Positions 25,082 through 36,854 are shown, counted from the stretch's first letter. The stretch: DNA of 64,000 nucleotides from Podarcis vaucheri (GCA_965113315.1 OZ220369.1); one strand, 5' to 3'. Numbers and translations: made by a program. The notes: generated by a model from the letters alone, not told the origin.

Positions 25082-25356
25082 TAACAGGAGGGGCAAAGTG
25101 GTTAGCCCTGACCCATCTGCCAAACTGCTGAAGCCACGACAAACCTACAAAGGAGAATTCCTTGAGCGAGGTCTAAAGTGGTAAGGAAGGATCCCTTGAG
25201 TGCAAAAAGAGAGAGCAGCAAGCTGCCTTTCAGCTATGTCTCTTGGGCAGGGTATACGCCAGGGGAAAGGAGTTTAACTGAGGCGACAGCTATGGAAAGC
25301 AACAACTTTGCCTTTTGTAGCATGCTGTTGCAGGCATATCTAAAATCACTGCCTAA

Positions 25357-25670
25357 TAGGGCGGTTCATAAAAAACTATTTTTTGAAAATGCCTGCTCCA
25401 AAGGTCTGGTCTTACTACACTAGGGATTATATAGTTATATCTGAAATTTCATGCATATCAGTTAATATCTTGACCCTGCTCCACTGAATTGAAATTTCAG
25501 CCTTCACGACATAGGAAAACAGCCAAGTAAACAGCTATTTTTGTGGAGGAGGGTCGAGATATTAACTGATCTGCATGAAATTTCAGATATAGCTATATAA
25601 TCCCTAGTATAGTGAGATAAGACCTTTGGAGCAGCCATTTAAAAAAAAGTCTTTTTTATGAACCGCCCTA
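25357..25670. mobile_element. Foldback hAT-type MITE (TAGGG termini)
   Basis: TIRs TAGGGCGGTTCATAAAAAA / TTTTTTATGAACCGCCCTA extending to about 120 bp of inverted homology; perfect 8-bp TSD CTGCCTAA. Confidence 0.9.
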
Positions 25671-26739
25671 CTGCCTAAACAGGAATCAAGGGCAGGTCTT
25701 GACGGAGCCTGGGTTCACAGGGCTCAGACTTGGAAATTATTTGGGTGTTCTTCACTCTCGTATTCAACAATATGGGAAAGGGGCAAGCCATCCATGAGGA
25801 ATGCAGAAGCAGTTCCTCAGAGCGGCAGGCTCAGGACCACTGAGAGGGGAGGCAGATCTGGGCCCCCAAAGAGCAAGCTGCTCACTGCCTGCCTCCTCCA
25901 CTGCCTCCTACTCCCCACTCACATCCTCCTCTGTCTCTGTCCACCCCCACTGCCACTGGCACACACCCCCAGCCTCTTTTTCAGGCCTCCTTTTTCTCGG
26001 CAGTTGGGGTGGAAGCAAAAGAGGAGCTTGCATCAGGGGCCGGGGAAGAGTCAGTATCAAGGTGACATCAAGGTGGGAAAGGCAGCACTTTCCATTTTGG
26101 CTCAACGGCAAAATGTGCTGGGCCAGCCCTGATATGGGAGCACCCCTCCCTCAACATGCATGCATACAACATAAATGTCCCGTGTATTCTCCCCCCCCCC
26201 CCGCATACGTCCATCATGGATGCGACCAGGGGGCCAGTGACAGTGGCGATATGTGCCAATAGATGTCCCTTTAGTGCAGGAGTAAGGAACTTGTGGCTCT
26301 CAATATGTTATTGGACTGCCAGTTTCCCATTAATCCCTGGCCATGTTAGCTGGGACTGGTGAGAGCTGAGGTCCACTGACACCTGAAAGGCGCCATGCCC
26401 CTCCTCTCTAGTATTTTGGGAGCTGCTGTTGTGGGCGCAGCAAGCACTCCATTAGACACATTGGGAAAGTGGTTCTAAGAGCTGGACCAGATGAGCAGAA
26501 CACTTGTGGGGTGTACCTATTGCAGGGATGTACCACTGCAGTCTGTGGGAGCGGGGGGGGGGCGCGTAACTCGTGTTTGAAACATCTTCCCTTAAAAAAC
26601 ATTACCTCTTAATTAAGATGTGGTCAAAAAGTACAAGCCTAGAACCTTCTCCTTGACATGATAATTTTAGACGTGAATAGTGCATTTAATGTGTGTATGG
26701 CATTTGTACAACTGACACACCCCCCCCCCCCGTTTCAAG

Positions 26740-26876
26740 CAGTGGTTCTCAACCTGTGGGTCCCAGATGTTGTTGGACTACAACTCTCATCATCCCTGAG
26801 CTCTGGCCTTGCTAGCTAGGGGTGATGGGAGTTGTAGTTCAACAACATCTGGGGACCCACAGGTTGAGAAAGGCTG
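26740..26876. mobile_element. hAT-type MITE (GGACTACAACTCCCA family)
   Basis: Palindromic; near-identical reverse copy at 61311-61448. Confidence 0.85.
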
Positions 26877-26963
26877 GGTAGCATGAAACAGTAATGCCCA
26901 GTACCACATAGGAGATCTACTCTTCTGTTTTATCTCTCAGCTGACTCTATTTTCTATACAGTG

Positions 26964-27158
26964 AGGGCTGTGGCTCTGTAGTACAGCATCTGCTTTGCAT
27001 GCAGACAGTCCTAGGTTCAATTTTTTGTCATCTTTAGGTTGGACTGGGACAGACTTCCCTGTTTGAAACCCCAGAGAGCTGCTGCCAGTCAGTGTAGGCA
27101 TTACTGAGCTAGATGAGCCAAAGATCTGATTCAGTATAAGGCAGCTTCCTATGCTTCT
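26964..27158 (+). mobile_element. tRNA-derived SINE (Squam2-like)
   Basis: tRNA-like head (CATCTGCTTTGCATGCAGA, CCTAGGTTCAAT), body GCTGCCAGTCAGTGTAG, tail GGCAGCTTCCTATG. Confidence 0.75.
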
Positions 27159-27423
27159 GTGCACAGCATAAGAGCTATATACCTGCTTTCCGTAAAATGT
27201 CAAAACAGTGAAAGATCTGGAGGCTGATTTCTTACTTTCAGTAACTACATGGTTGAATTCCTAAGCTACTCCTTATAATGAACCCACAGGTACAACGGTG
27301 GCCACTCAGACAGTATAAAACAATAATCATATAATTGTAGGGTTGGAAGGGGAACCATGACGGTCATCTAGTCCAACCCCTTGCAATGCAGGAATCTTTT
27401 GCCCAACGTGGGGCTCAACTAAG

Positions 27424-27558
27424 CAGACATAGGCAAACTCACCCTCCAGGTGTTTTGGGACTACAACTCCTATCATCCCTGACCACTGGTCCTGTTAGAT
27501 AGGGATGATGGGAGTTGTAGTCTCAAAACATCTGGAGGGCCGAGTTTGCCTATGCCTG
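27424..27558. mobile_element. hAT-type MITE (CAGGCATAGGCAAACTC family)
   Basis: TIRs CAGACATAGGCAAACTC / GAGTTTGCCTATGCCTG; near-identical to 36342-36477. Confidence 0.85.
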
Positions 27559-28438
27559 ACTCAGAGGCTAGGAATGTTCCATTTATTGACACTATGCTAT
27601 ACCTAGTTAGCCAATTATCCTTTTATACAGCAGGCATTTTACTACACATGGTGGTGCCCCCCCAACATCTGAACATTGGTACTGGCATCTTAAGCACAAT
27701 CAAGTTCACAGCCCTTTATATGGGTTTATTTAACCTGGACTGATTATCACTCCCCCCCCCCCCCAGTTCTGCTCTCACAGTTATACTCTTAAGTGTTATG
27801 CTACTACAGTGAGCCAAGACTCTCCACTCCACCTAGAAGCATGAAAGAAGGGGCAGGGTGGTGGTGAACCCAACCACAGTAATCATGGGTAGAACAAGGC
27901 AGTTAAGGTATATAAAGAAGGACCGGATTCAGCAAGCTACTTTGAATGATATAATCCCAAGAATCACAAAGAGTATTTGGAAACATAAAGGACACGACAC
28001 CAATCCCAAAGGGACCTCCCCTTTCTGTGTTCCTTCAATGATCTGCAAGCCTTTCTTCTTGACCAAGATACATTGGCACACTCTGAACACACGTCAGCTG
28101 CCAGATGCAAAAATGCCCAGCTGGATATGAAATCTTCTTGACTCTGTTCCTGCAGGATCCCAGAAAGAAAAGGGGGGGGGCATGCACAAAATCTCGCCAG
28201 GAAAGCCTTTCAGGCAGAGAAGCCTGCACAAGAGAGCCAAATGGGCAAACACACCAACAAAAGAAGCACAGAGCTTTGCTTTTTAAAAGAAAAAGAAAAA
28301 GAAAGAAAATGGCAAACAAAACCATTCATGCAACAATCAAATCAAATAAAAATGGCTGACATTATTAAAAGACACACACACACACACACACACACAGATA
28401 CAGATACACACCCACCAGCTTATCCTGAAATAAACCAC

Positions 28439-28593
28439 CTTTGTTCTGGGTCCTGGCTGGTTATTGTTGTGATACACATTTTATTCTGACCATTTTATCA
28501 ACAGATATTCTGAGTACTTTTGACTTCCAGTGCACTGCATGCTGCAGATTATCTGTCAGATGGGCATCCTGGATAGAACAGTCCAGAGGTAGG
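28439..28593 (-). other. Candidate exon 2 (155 nt, mostly 5' UTR) of the minus-strand gene
   Basis: Strong acceptor GGCTTTGTCTTTCTTGCAG, donor AAG/GTGGTT followed by a GT-rich tract and TGCATG; unique sequence 1.4 kb downstream of exon 1. Confidence 0.45.
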
Positions 28594-29439
28594 CTGCAAG
28601 AAAGACAAAGCCATATGGCAGAGAGCTAATTGGTTTGCGTTTGGCTCCCTCCTGGATTAGGCAGGGCTTCTCTGCTAGTTTTGCATCTCTTTCCCCCCAC
28701 AGCCAAAGGCAAATCATAGGAGGTATTTGCGTGGCCCCATGATTCATTGGCATGGAAAGCATGCTGCTCCTTGATTAAACTTCAATCTCTCTGTCTCTCG
28801 TTTTCCACGCCCAGATAAGCACTTCGCCGAGTCCCCCCTGCTGTGCTGCTGACCTCTTTTTACTCCTTGGCGACTGAGAAAACCGTAAGGCGACAATAAT
28901 CCACCCAGCACCAGAACTGCGAGCAGCACAACCCACCCGGTGTGGGACAAAGGGTTGATCTGGGCACCAGAACTGAGAGCCCGGGAGAGGGGTGCGATAT
29001 CAGCACAGAGGCAATGTTCCTGGCTTGATGGCATATGGCATTGCTCAGTATTCACAGCCAGCCCTGTCGCTAGGCACAGAAATCTGTGGCGTGAACCACT
29101 GGTGTGCAACAGACAGCAGCAAAAAAGAAAGGAAAGGGAAAACCAAATCACAAAGGAGAGGGCAGGTCTGCCGTTCGGCCATAAGCACAGCCACGCTGGA
29201 TTTCCCCCACCGCCTCTCTGCTCCGAGGGATCAACGCCCAACCCAGCTTAGCTTTCTCTCCACCCACCTACCTCAGTCAAACAGTGCTGAATGAGAAAAT
29301 ATCAATCTGTGGAAGAAAATTAACCGTAGATTTTGGGGGAGATTTGAGGGGTGGGGGAGGCAGGTTGGTGAGAGGGACTGTACGATGCAAGGGAACCATT
29401 TTGCAATCTGGGCTGCCCACCGCCTCCTACTTATGGCTG

Positions 29440-30450
29440 TAGTAGTGACTCTACTCCACGCTTCACCCCGCATAGTACTATCTCCCCGCAGACGTGCCTG
29501 CAGGGACTTGTGGACCGACTCAGCGCACCCCTCAAGTTATTCTTTTTTAAAAAATAATAATTGAGGTGGGGGCATCCTCAGTCTCGCCACCACTCGCGTG
29601 ACCCCGCCTCAGTGCATAAAAGGAATAAAGCCGCGATCTGCTCGCTTGTTCGCAGCGCCTTCTGGACGCAAGGAGTGTCCGTGCGCGCCGAGGCTTAAGC
29701 AAACACACAAAGGATATGAATACATACACCCTTCCGGATCAGCAGAGGCAGGCGCTTGGGGAGGGGCAGCAGCGTGGACCACGTTCCCTTTTTCCTTACT
29801 CTAGATCGCCTTCCCCACGCTGGAACTCCACACCCGCGCACAACAGCAGGAAGGCGGGCAAGCAGAGCAGCCACGCGAAAAGCGAGATCCCTTTGGATCG
29901 CTCCCTTTCTCAAATCCGCATACAAACATTCATATATATTTGCATAGGTGCAATCGCTTACTGTGCGTGGCAGTGGGGAAAGCCGGATCCCAGTCCCATG
30001 CCGCCAGCCAAGGGAGCAGCAGCAGCAGCAGCCGGCGGAGCCTCCTTAAGCGCGAGCGAGGCTCAGCACCTTTGCGCTGAACAGCTCCACACACAGCCTA
30101 CCCATGCGCGTCGCTTCTCTTGCACCAGCCGCCGCCGCCGCCGTGGCCACCGCAGGCTCCATCCTTCATCCCCGCCCAACTCCGCCCCCGGCTTCTCCCA
30201 TTGGATGCGCCGCCTGGCTGATTGATGCTGAAGCGATCGTTCCAATTCCACCCCCTCTTTCTTCCCCAAAACACACATACACACACACACACACAGGAGT
30301 GACGCCAACCAAAGGAGGGAACTATTTCTCCCAAGCGGGAGTCTAAGAGGAAGGTTTGGACTACATCTCCCAGCCACCTCTGCGGCGGATCGCTCTCTCG
30401 CACGCTCCTCTGCAGCAGGGGGTCCTGGGATTTGTAGTGCTTGCCTGCCA
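29440..30450. promoter_or_regulatory. CpG island and promoter of an unidentified minus-strand gene
   Basis: Only large non-repeat CpG-dense block; GC boxes CCCCGCCC and TCCGCCCC (30170-30189), CCAAT on the minus strand (about 30200), TGACGCCA (30300), ACTACAnnTCCCAG motifs (30360 and 30425). Confidence 0.85.
29962..30160 (-). other. Putative first exon of an unidentified gene (5' boundary approximate)
   Basis: Immediately downstream of the GC and CCAAT boxes; (GGC)n and (CTG)n tracts typical of 5' exons; donor CA/GTAAGC at 29961. Confidence 0.65.
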
Positions 30451-31254
30451 GGAGTTATTTCCCCCACCACCACCACCATGAGACAGGCAGGCTCCTGTCG
30501 CCTGGTGTGCAAAGGTGATAAGGTATCGAGGGAAGGTCCTGTAACCAAGAAAGTCGCTGAGGTCCATTTCAAACTTACATGGGGGGTGGGTGGTCTCAAA
30601 GGGGTAGCTGTAAGAACTGGGTTGGTATTAAAGCCATGATTTATTTGGAAATGCGAAGTGGAATGATAATTATAACCCCTTGAATTCTGCTTTGAATTTG
30701 AGCACAATCTTATAAGTACATAGTTAAGTACATGTTTCTATTTAAGCTGTAAGCCACCTTGAGTCCCTGTCTGGGAAAAAGGTGGGATATACATACATAC
30801 ATACATACATACTCCTTTGCTGTACTGCCAGATATGCCTGTGGACATATATTTTTTAGCAATCAGTTTTCAACAAAATTATTGAGTGGCCTGGAAGCAGG
30901 AATCCCTTGCAAACAGTGTGGTTCCAGTCCCCAGGCCAGCATCTGGTTTACAGTGGGGATACGAAAGCCAGAACATCTGAAATCCAGCACTCAGCAGAGT
31001 TGAGGATATAAATAAAGAAGCCTCTTGAGGTAATTAGGAGGGACAGAGTAAAAGCAAGCAAGGATGTTGCAGTGCCAGATGCTCTTTTTTAATCCTTGAG
31101 GCTAGTGGTCAAGCCAACCATATGGCCAGTTGTGTCTACCAGATGTATAAATGCACATAATTGCTAAAAGGTGAAATGGAGCACGGTTATTATCATGTGC
31201 CTTTTCCTCAGCTTTCTGAAATAGAGCTGAAATGGACTTGTGAGAAATTGATGT

Positions 31255-31520
31255 TTTGCAGCAGAAGAAACCTGCCGGATCAGACCAAGTGCACAATTAG
31301 TCCAGCATCCTATTCTCACAGCGGCCAACCGAATGCTGTAATGGGAAGCCTGCAAGCAAGACATGAGTACTTTCTCCACTCATGTTCCCCAGCAGCTCGT
31401 ATTCAGATATTTGCCACCCTGACACTAGAGGTAGTCCATAGTCGTAATGGCTAGTGGACATTGGTAGCCATATACTCCATGGATCCCTTTTAAAGCCCTC
31501 CAGGTTGGCCACCACTGCAT
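31255..31520 (-). mobile_element. CR1 LINE 3' fragment
   Basis: Reverse complement of the CR1 3' end (AGTCCAGCATCCTATTCTCACAGCGGCC ... CTTTTAAAGCCCTCCAGGTTGGCCACCAC). Confidence 0.65.
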
Positions 31521-34399
31521 GAAAATCACAATTTAAATCATTATCTTTAGAACCTGCAGGCAAACATTTGGAGTTGGGGAGGATTTTGATGCACATGAAA
31601 GGCCCTCTGATTTCATTCCCTGCTGCCTGTATCCAGGCATCTTTGCCTCTCTGCTTTCTGAGGTCCAGGATTCTCAACAGCCCTTTGCCATGACAGGCAG
31701 TGGAACAGGTGAGTGACAAGCAAGGGGGAGGGACGAAGTGAGGCAGGGGGAACACCATCACACCAGGAAATTTAAAGTTGCAGCATGGCTTCCCAAGTTG
31801 AACCCCAGCAATCCTGCTGCATCCCTGCAGGAGAACTGATATCTCCCTTAAGCATCCTTCAGGGTGCTTCAGAAGATAGGGGTGGGGAAGAAATTGGATT
31901 CCTTCTGCATTTAAATAAAAAGCAAGCCAGTTCACACTTTCCCAAACGAATACGTGAACCGAAACACAACCATCTTTTAAAATTCTCACTTTTCCAGATT
32001 TTGCAATGCAGTTCTCTAACCACTATACTAGGGTAAACATGACTGAGATGAATTACTTTTTAATGATTATCTTATATGTTTTTACCTTTTTGTATTTTAT
32101 CTGTATTGTTTTAATTTGTTGAGTCCTGGACTGGGGGGGGCAGGATATTTAATTATTTATTATTAAATTTGTATACTACCCTATACCCATTGATCCCAGG
32201 GTTAAATATAATAATAATAACTTAGGTTCATTGATTTCAATAGGTCTGCTCCAAGTAGGACTTCATTTAACACATTTATTCATATATAACCCACCTTTCT
32301 TCTGGTCCAGAACCTAAGGCAGCTCACAGCATAATTCAAAACACATACAATTGAAAACAGAGAATAAATATATATATATATAATTAATTCAGTATCTCTA
32401 TTAAAAAACAACACTGAAAGCCACTTGAAACTAATGGTAATAATAAAATATAATTGACAGCCATTGGCTATTCTGGGGACAAACTGAGAAGCCCCTTCAG
32501 ACTTGAGGCTTGAGCCAGAACCAGTTGCCATTTTCTACTACTGCTTTGGATTTCTCCTTGCTAAGGGTGCACTTAGTGTGATATGAGGCTCTTTCAGTGA
32601 ATCTTGGCAGCTCTCAAGCTGCAACAGGAGCAGAGAGTTCTTATCCCCCAAACAATGTTCCAAGTGCAGTCAGCACACAAAGCAATATGGTGAAAATAAA
32701 TTGCTCTATAAGTGAGTTTGAAAAGAGGGGGGAGAAAAACATTTTAAGAGAACAATCCAAATTCTGTACAGTGAAAAGGAAGACAATGTTCTTAACCGAG
32801 AAAGAGCAAAAAGTAGAACAGAAACAGAAGAATGGGATTGAGGCATTGGTCAGAGTTTCCCGAAATGTCCTTAGGCAAATTTTGGGTGGATAAAATGAAC
32901 ATCCACCTGGCATGTAGGCATCTTAGGAGGTTGATGGCAAGCTGGGAAGGCTGGTGCTCCCAACCAGTATCCTTGGGCAGCTGTACAACCGGGGCCACTA
33001 CCATCCTACACTGGATCTCAGGATTAGGATTATTTAGGATTAGCAGGGAAAGTGCCTAGCACTGCCCAGGAATTTTTAGAACCCAAAGAATATAGTAGTG
33101 GTTTTTAAATGGATGGTGTAATTTCTGAATTTGGACCCATCTTGCCAAAAATTGGGTGACGCTGTGCCAAAGCCACATTTGGGCTTGCCATCTTGATTCA
33201 AAATGGTGCCCAGTATCCAGACATGAATGAAGACTGCTGCCCCCACCCACTTAAGGAACTTGAATGCAGAGTTTCACAATGATATCTCAAGAGATAGCAG
33301 AACCTATGCCAAAAACTGGACGAAATCAAAGCAAGGTCACTTTTTAGTCTGCCACCTGAATTCAAAATGGCCCCCGGCCTGAAGGCGGCCACCCCCATCT
33401 TGGGAACCCTCATGCCAAGCTTGGCAGTGATACCTCAAGAAGTAGCCAAACCTGTAGAGAGCAGACGGATGGACAGATGGATAGACAGGGGGTTGTGGTG
33501 AAGAGACCAAATTAGGGGTTCCTTGTGTAGCCCAACCCCCACAGCATGTTTTTGCTGTAGTTTTAACTGCTTATGTGACGCATTCTTTCTCCTCTTAAAA
33601 TAAGCCAATTAATAAATGTGTGTTAAATTAATTTAATGCATATATGCACACATAAAATTCAAGGTTAGATAGCTGTTGTTGTTGTTTTAATGATGTTTAC
33701 ATGGCAGACACTTAAAAAAATTAAAACAAATGCTCAAGAATATTATTCATCAATACAGTTTCGGTCAGTGGCTAAAAATTAGATTCAATCAGACAATATT
33801 TTGGGGCCCGGTAGGCACTTTCTATTGTAAAGCAGAAGGGGAGAGTAAGGAATCAAGGAGCTCTTGACAGCATCTGAAGACACAGCTGGAACTTTGCAAA
33901 GCTTTCTTCAGTCCAATACCAGCAATTACCTTTTAATCACTCTTTTATATTCTGCAACATGACTTTGGATGGCACAGAATGGTATCGTGGCTGAGCACAA
34001 CATTGCTGCAAAATACAGTAAAATTAAGGGAGACTTTCTATTCTTGAAAAATAAGAAAGGTTTCGTGCTGAACAGACAGGACATAAGAAGTTCTGCCATT
34101 TATCCTGAATCAAATCTGCTGTCGTGTCTCTTCCTTCTGCCTTATGCTTCATAACAGCCAGAAGAGATGTTGCATGTAATCAGATCTCCTGGTTTTCTTA
34201 AAAGGGGGCGGGGAGGCAATTCTGATTGCAGCAGCCCTGTGCTCCCCAGTGCTGTTTTCCTGATCTAAATTGCCCCCCTACCGTTCTCCAGTGCTGCTGT
34301 AAGAAACCCTTGGAAGAAAACACAGGGGTGATAAAGGGACTTGCCTACTCCCACATCCCCCAGCTTCAGGGACAATTTGATATGGAGAACCACAGACCC

Positions 34400-34728
34400 A
34401 GGAGCTGAAAAGGGTCTCCCAAGGACTCCGTTTGGCCCTTGGATCTCTCCCTACGCCACCCCCCTCCCCTGCCCTGATTCACACCCTGAAAGTATTTTTG
34501 CCTGGCTAGGATATGTCCTTGAACTCTGTCAATGCCTCCTGCTTGCCCAAATAGAACAATGTGTCTGAGCAGGTGTAGAAACTAGCCTACTGTACAAAGG
34601 TAGAATTTGCATTAGTTGCTCCACCCACTTTTGCCTCTGGCACCACCCACCACTGACATGATGTGCCCCTTGGAATCTTGGCCAGAAAGAAAAGTGACCC
34701 TAGATCTGAAGAAGGTTCCTCGTCACGG
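34400..34728 (-). mobile_element. Old hAT-Charlie-like element, same family as 3236-3648
   Basis: Reverse-complement homology with 3236-3648. Confidence 0.5.
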
Positions 34729-36341
34729 TATTAACACAAGGTTAAAACTGCCCCTTCAAATTCAGGTTCAAACTTCACTCTCATGGCTGCTCTGGAGTTT
34801 GTTTGGTTTTTTAACCTCTAGGATTGATTGTGACGCCTATTGTGGCTCTCTGCTTCATCAACTACCTCAGGAGCTGTGTAAATCTTCCTTTTAATGTTGA
34901 GTCTCCCTGTGATGGTATCACCCACCCAAATTATGAAGGTGAAAATGTGGGCTGTGTGTGCTCTTATAAGTAACAAGGCCACTATTTTCTAATGCCGCAG
35001 GGCTCAGGGAGCAGATGACTCACATTTTGACAAGGAATCAAGCTCTTGTTTCCTGACACTTATGTTAAGCCAGCAGCTTCTTTAAAACATCCTTTTGCAG
35101 GGCACATTATCTAAGGGCAAGCTGGAACCAAGAGTCTTCAGAGTTTTCTTAGAAATTTGCAGCGACGTGGCTGTATGGGTTTCCCTGGGCTTCAAAGGGA
35201 GGGGGTTTCACAGACCCAGTTTGGAGTGGAACGGTATTGTAAAATTTGAACAACATCCTTGCTGGGTATGCCATGAGTGATCAGGCCTGAGACACACAGC
35301 ACAGGGTTTTTTCTTTTACTCTCTCACACGAATACATACCAAGGACAGGGATCCTGTAACAAGCAAAAATGCTGCAGACACAGGGCTTTCTGACTGGCTG
35401 CCCTGACATGATTAATATGCATATTATATTTTTAAGCATCTTAGTAAGCTGGCAAACCTAATAAGCAGAAGCACCAGGGCCAACTTGTGTATTTGGCAAC
35501 CTAGTAAGTTAATAAGACATTTATGCTCACGATATATTCACATATAATGCTTTATTCTGTTCTATCCTTTTAAAAGTAATGTTCCATTTTTAATCCAGTT
35601 GGATCAACTTTGATAAGAAATAACTTATACCTTAGCAACTGCATGGCAACCAGGGCAGAGCAGTTACGTGTGTATGTATGTGTGTGTGTGTGAATAGATT
35701 TTGTTTACAGAAGGGTGAAGAAGTGAAGAAGCAGGTGTGACCTAGCAGATGAGCAATGTCAGCAGTCTGGACTTTGTTACTTTGCAAGGCGGAAACTTTG
35801 GGCCTCTGCAAAGGGAGGGGTGTTCATGTTGGGGTAGCAGGAGAACAAATCAGGAAAGAGAAGGTGTCTCAAACACAACTGCACTTTATTGCTACGTAAC
35901 AAGAATGGGGGGGGACTTGCTCAGCAGCACAGCATGTGAACGACAGGAGTTCAAGAGGTCCAAAAAGCAGTGCACTGAAAGCACAGCGCCCCCTGGCATA
36001 TATCACAGTTCCCACGTCCAACACTGAGGCAAACTTGGATTTTGGCGATGCTGCTTTTGCAACCGAATGGCATTCTAGATACAGTGCTTTGTCATCCCAC
36101 GAATGTATAATGGCAGTTCTTAGTGCCAATTCATAGAAGGAAATTTTGGTGGAGAAGCCAATGCAGAGTGAAAGCAATTTGGAGCAGAGAAGTCCCAGTG
36201 GAACTGAGAAAACCAGTTGCTCTGTGGTGGAGCATCTGCTTTGCATGCAGATTGTCCCAGGGTCAATCTCCAGCATCTGTAGGTACATTGGGAATGTCCC
36301 CTCTCTGAAATCCTGAACAGTTGCTGCCAGTCAGTGTAGAG

Positions 36342-36477
36342 CAGGCATAGGCAAACTCGGCCCTCTAGGTGTTTTGGGACTACAACTCCCATCATCCCTG
36401 ACCACTGCTCCTGTTAGCTAGGGATGATGGGAGTTGTAGTCCCAAAACATCTGGAGGGCCGAGTTTGCCTATGCCTG
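36342..36477. mobile_element. Young hAT MITE
   Basis: TIRs CAGGCATAGGCAAACTCGGCCCTC / GAGGGCCGAGTTTGCCTATGCCTG; perfect TSD GTGTAGAG. Confidence 0.92.
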
Positions 36478-36485
36478 GTGTAGAG

Positions 36486-36854
36486 CAGTGATTCCCAAAG
36501 TGAGCAGCAGCAGCACCCCCTGAAGGGTGGTAGGATTACCTGGGGGGGCACTAAGAGGCAAGACGGTGATGGGGGGCACTGGAGGTGTAAATGACTATCA
36601 GACTTAGAAAAGCTAGTATCACAGGATACTTGATCAAGTTCTTCAGTTTTGTTGAATTAATTTAATTGGATTTTGAATAAGTGTGTGATTAACTGTTACT
36701 GTTTTGAAGTTTATTGTATTATTATCTTCCTTGGTGGCTCATGAAAACTGCTAGTCTGGATAATGCTTTTTATATGGTAGAGCAAGAAGGGAGGCTGGGG
36801 ATGAGTTTATGGAGCCAAGGGGGCAGTGGCCCGAAAATATTTGGGGAATCACTG
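36486..36854. mobile_element. Non-autonomous hAT element
   Basis: TIRs CAGTGATTCCC / GGGAATCACTG; TSD GTGTAGAG / GTGTAGAC. Confidence 0.85.

Noticed and set aside
26964-27040. tRNA-like sequences (also 24716, 36208, 50331)
   Set aside because: SINE heads continuing into SINE bodies; no intact cloverleaf or terminator.
30063-30707. 214-aa minus-strand ORF and 169-aa plus-strand ORF (29716-30225) over the CpG island
   Set aside because: Run through promoter motifs and microsatellites, low-complexity, no recognisable domain; typical CpG-island artefacts.
31297-31989. 230-aa minus-strand ORF
   Set aside because: Non-ATG start, ends in CR1 3' UTR sequence, no domain similarity.
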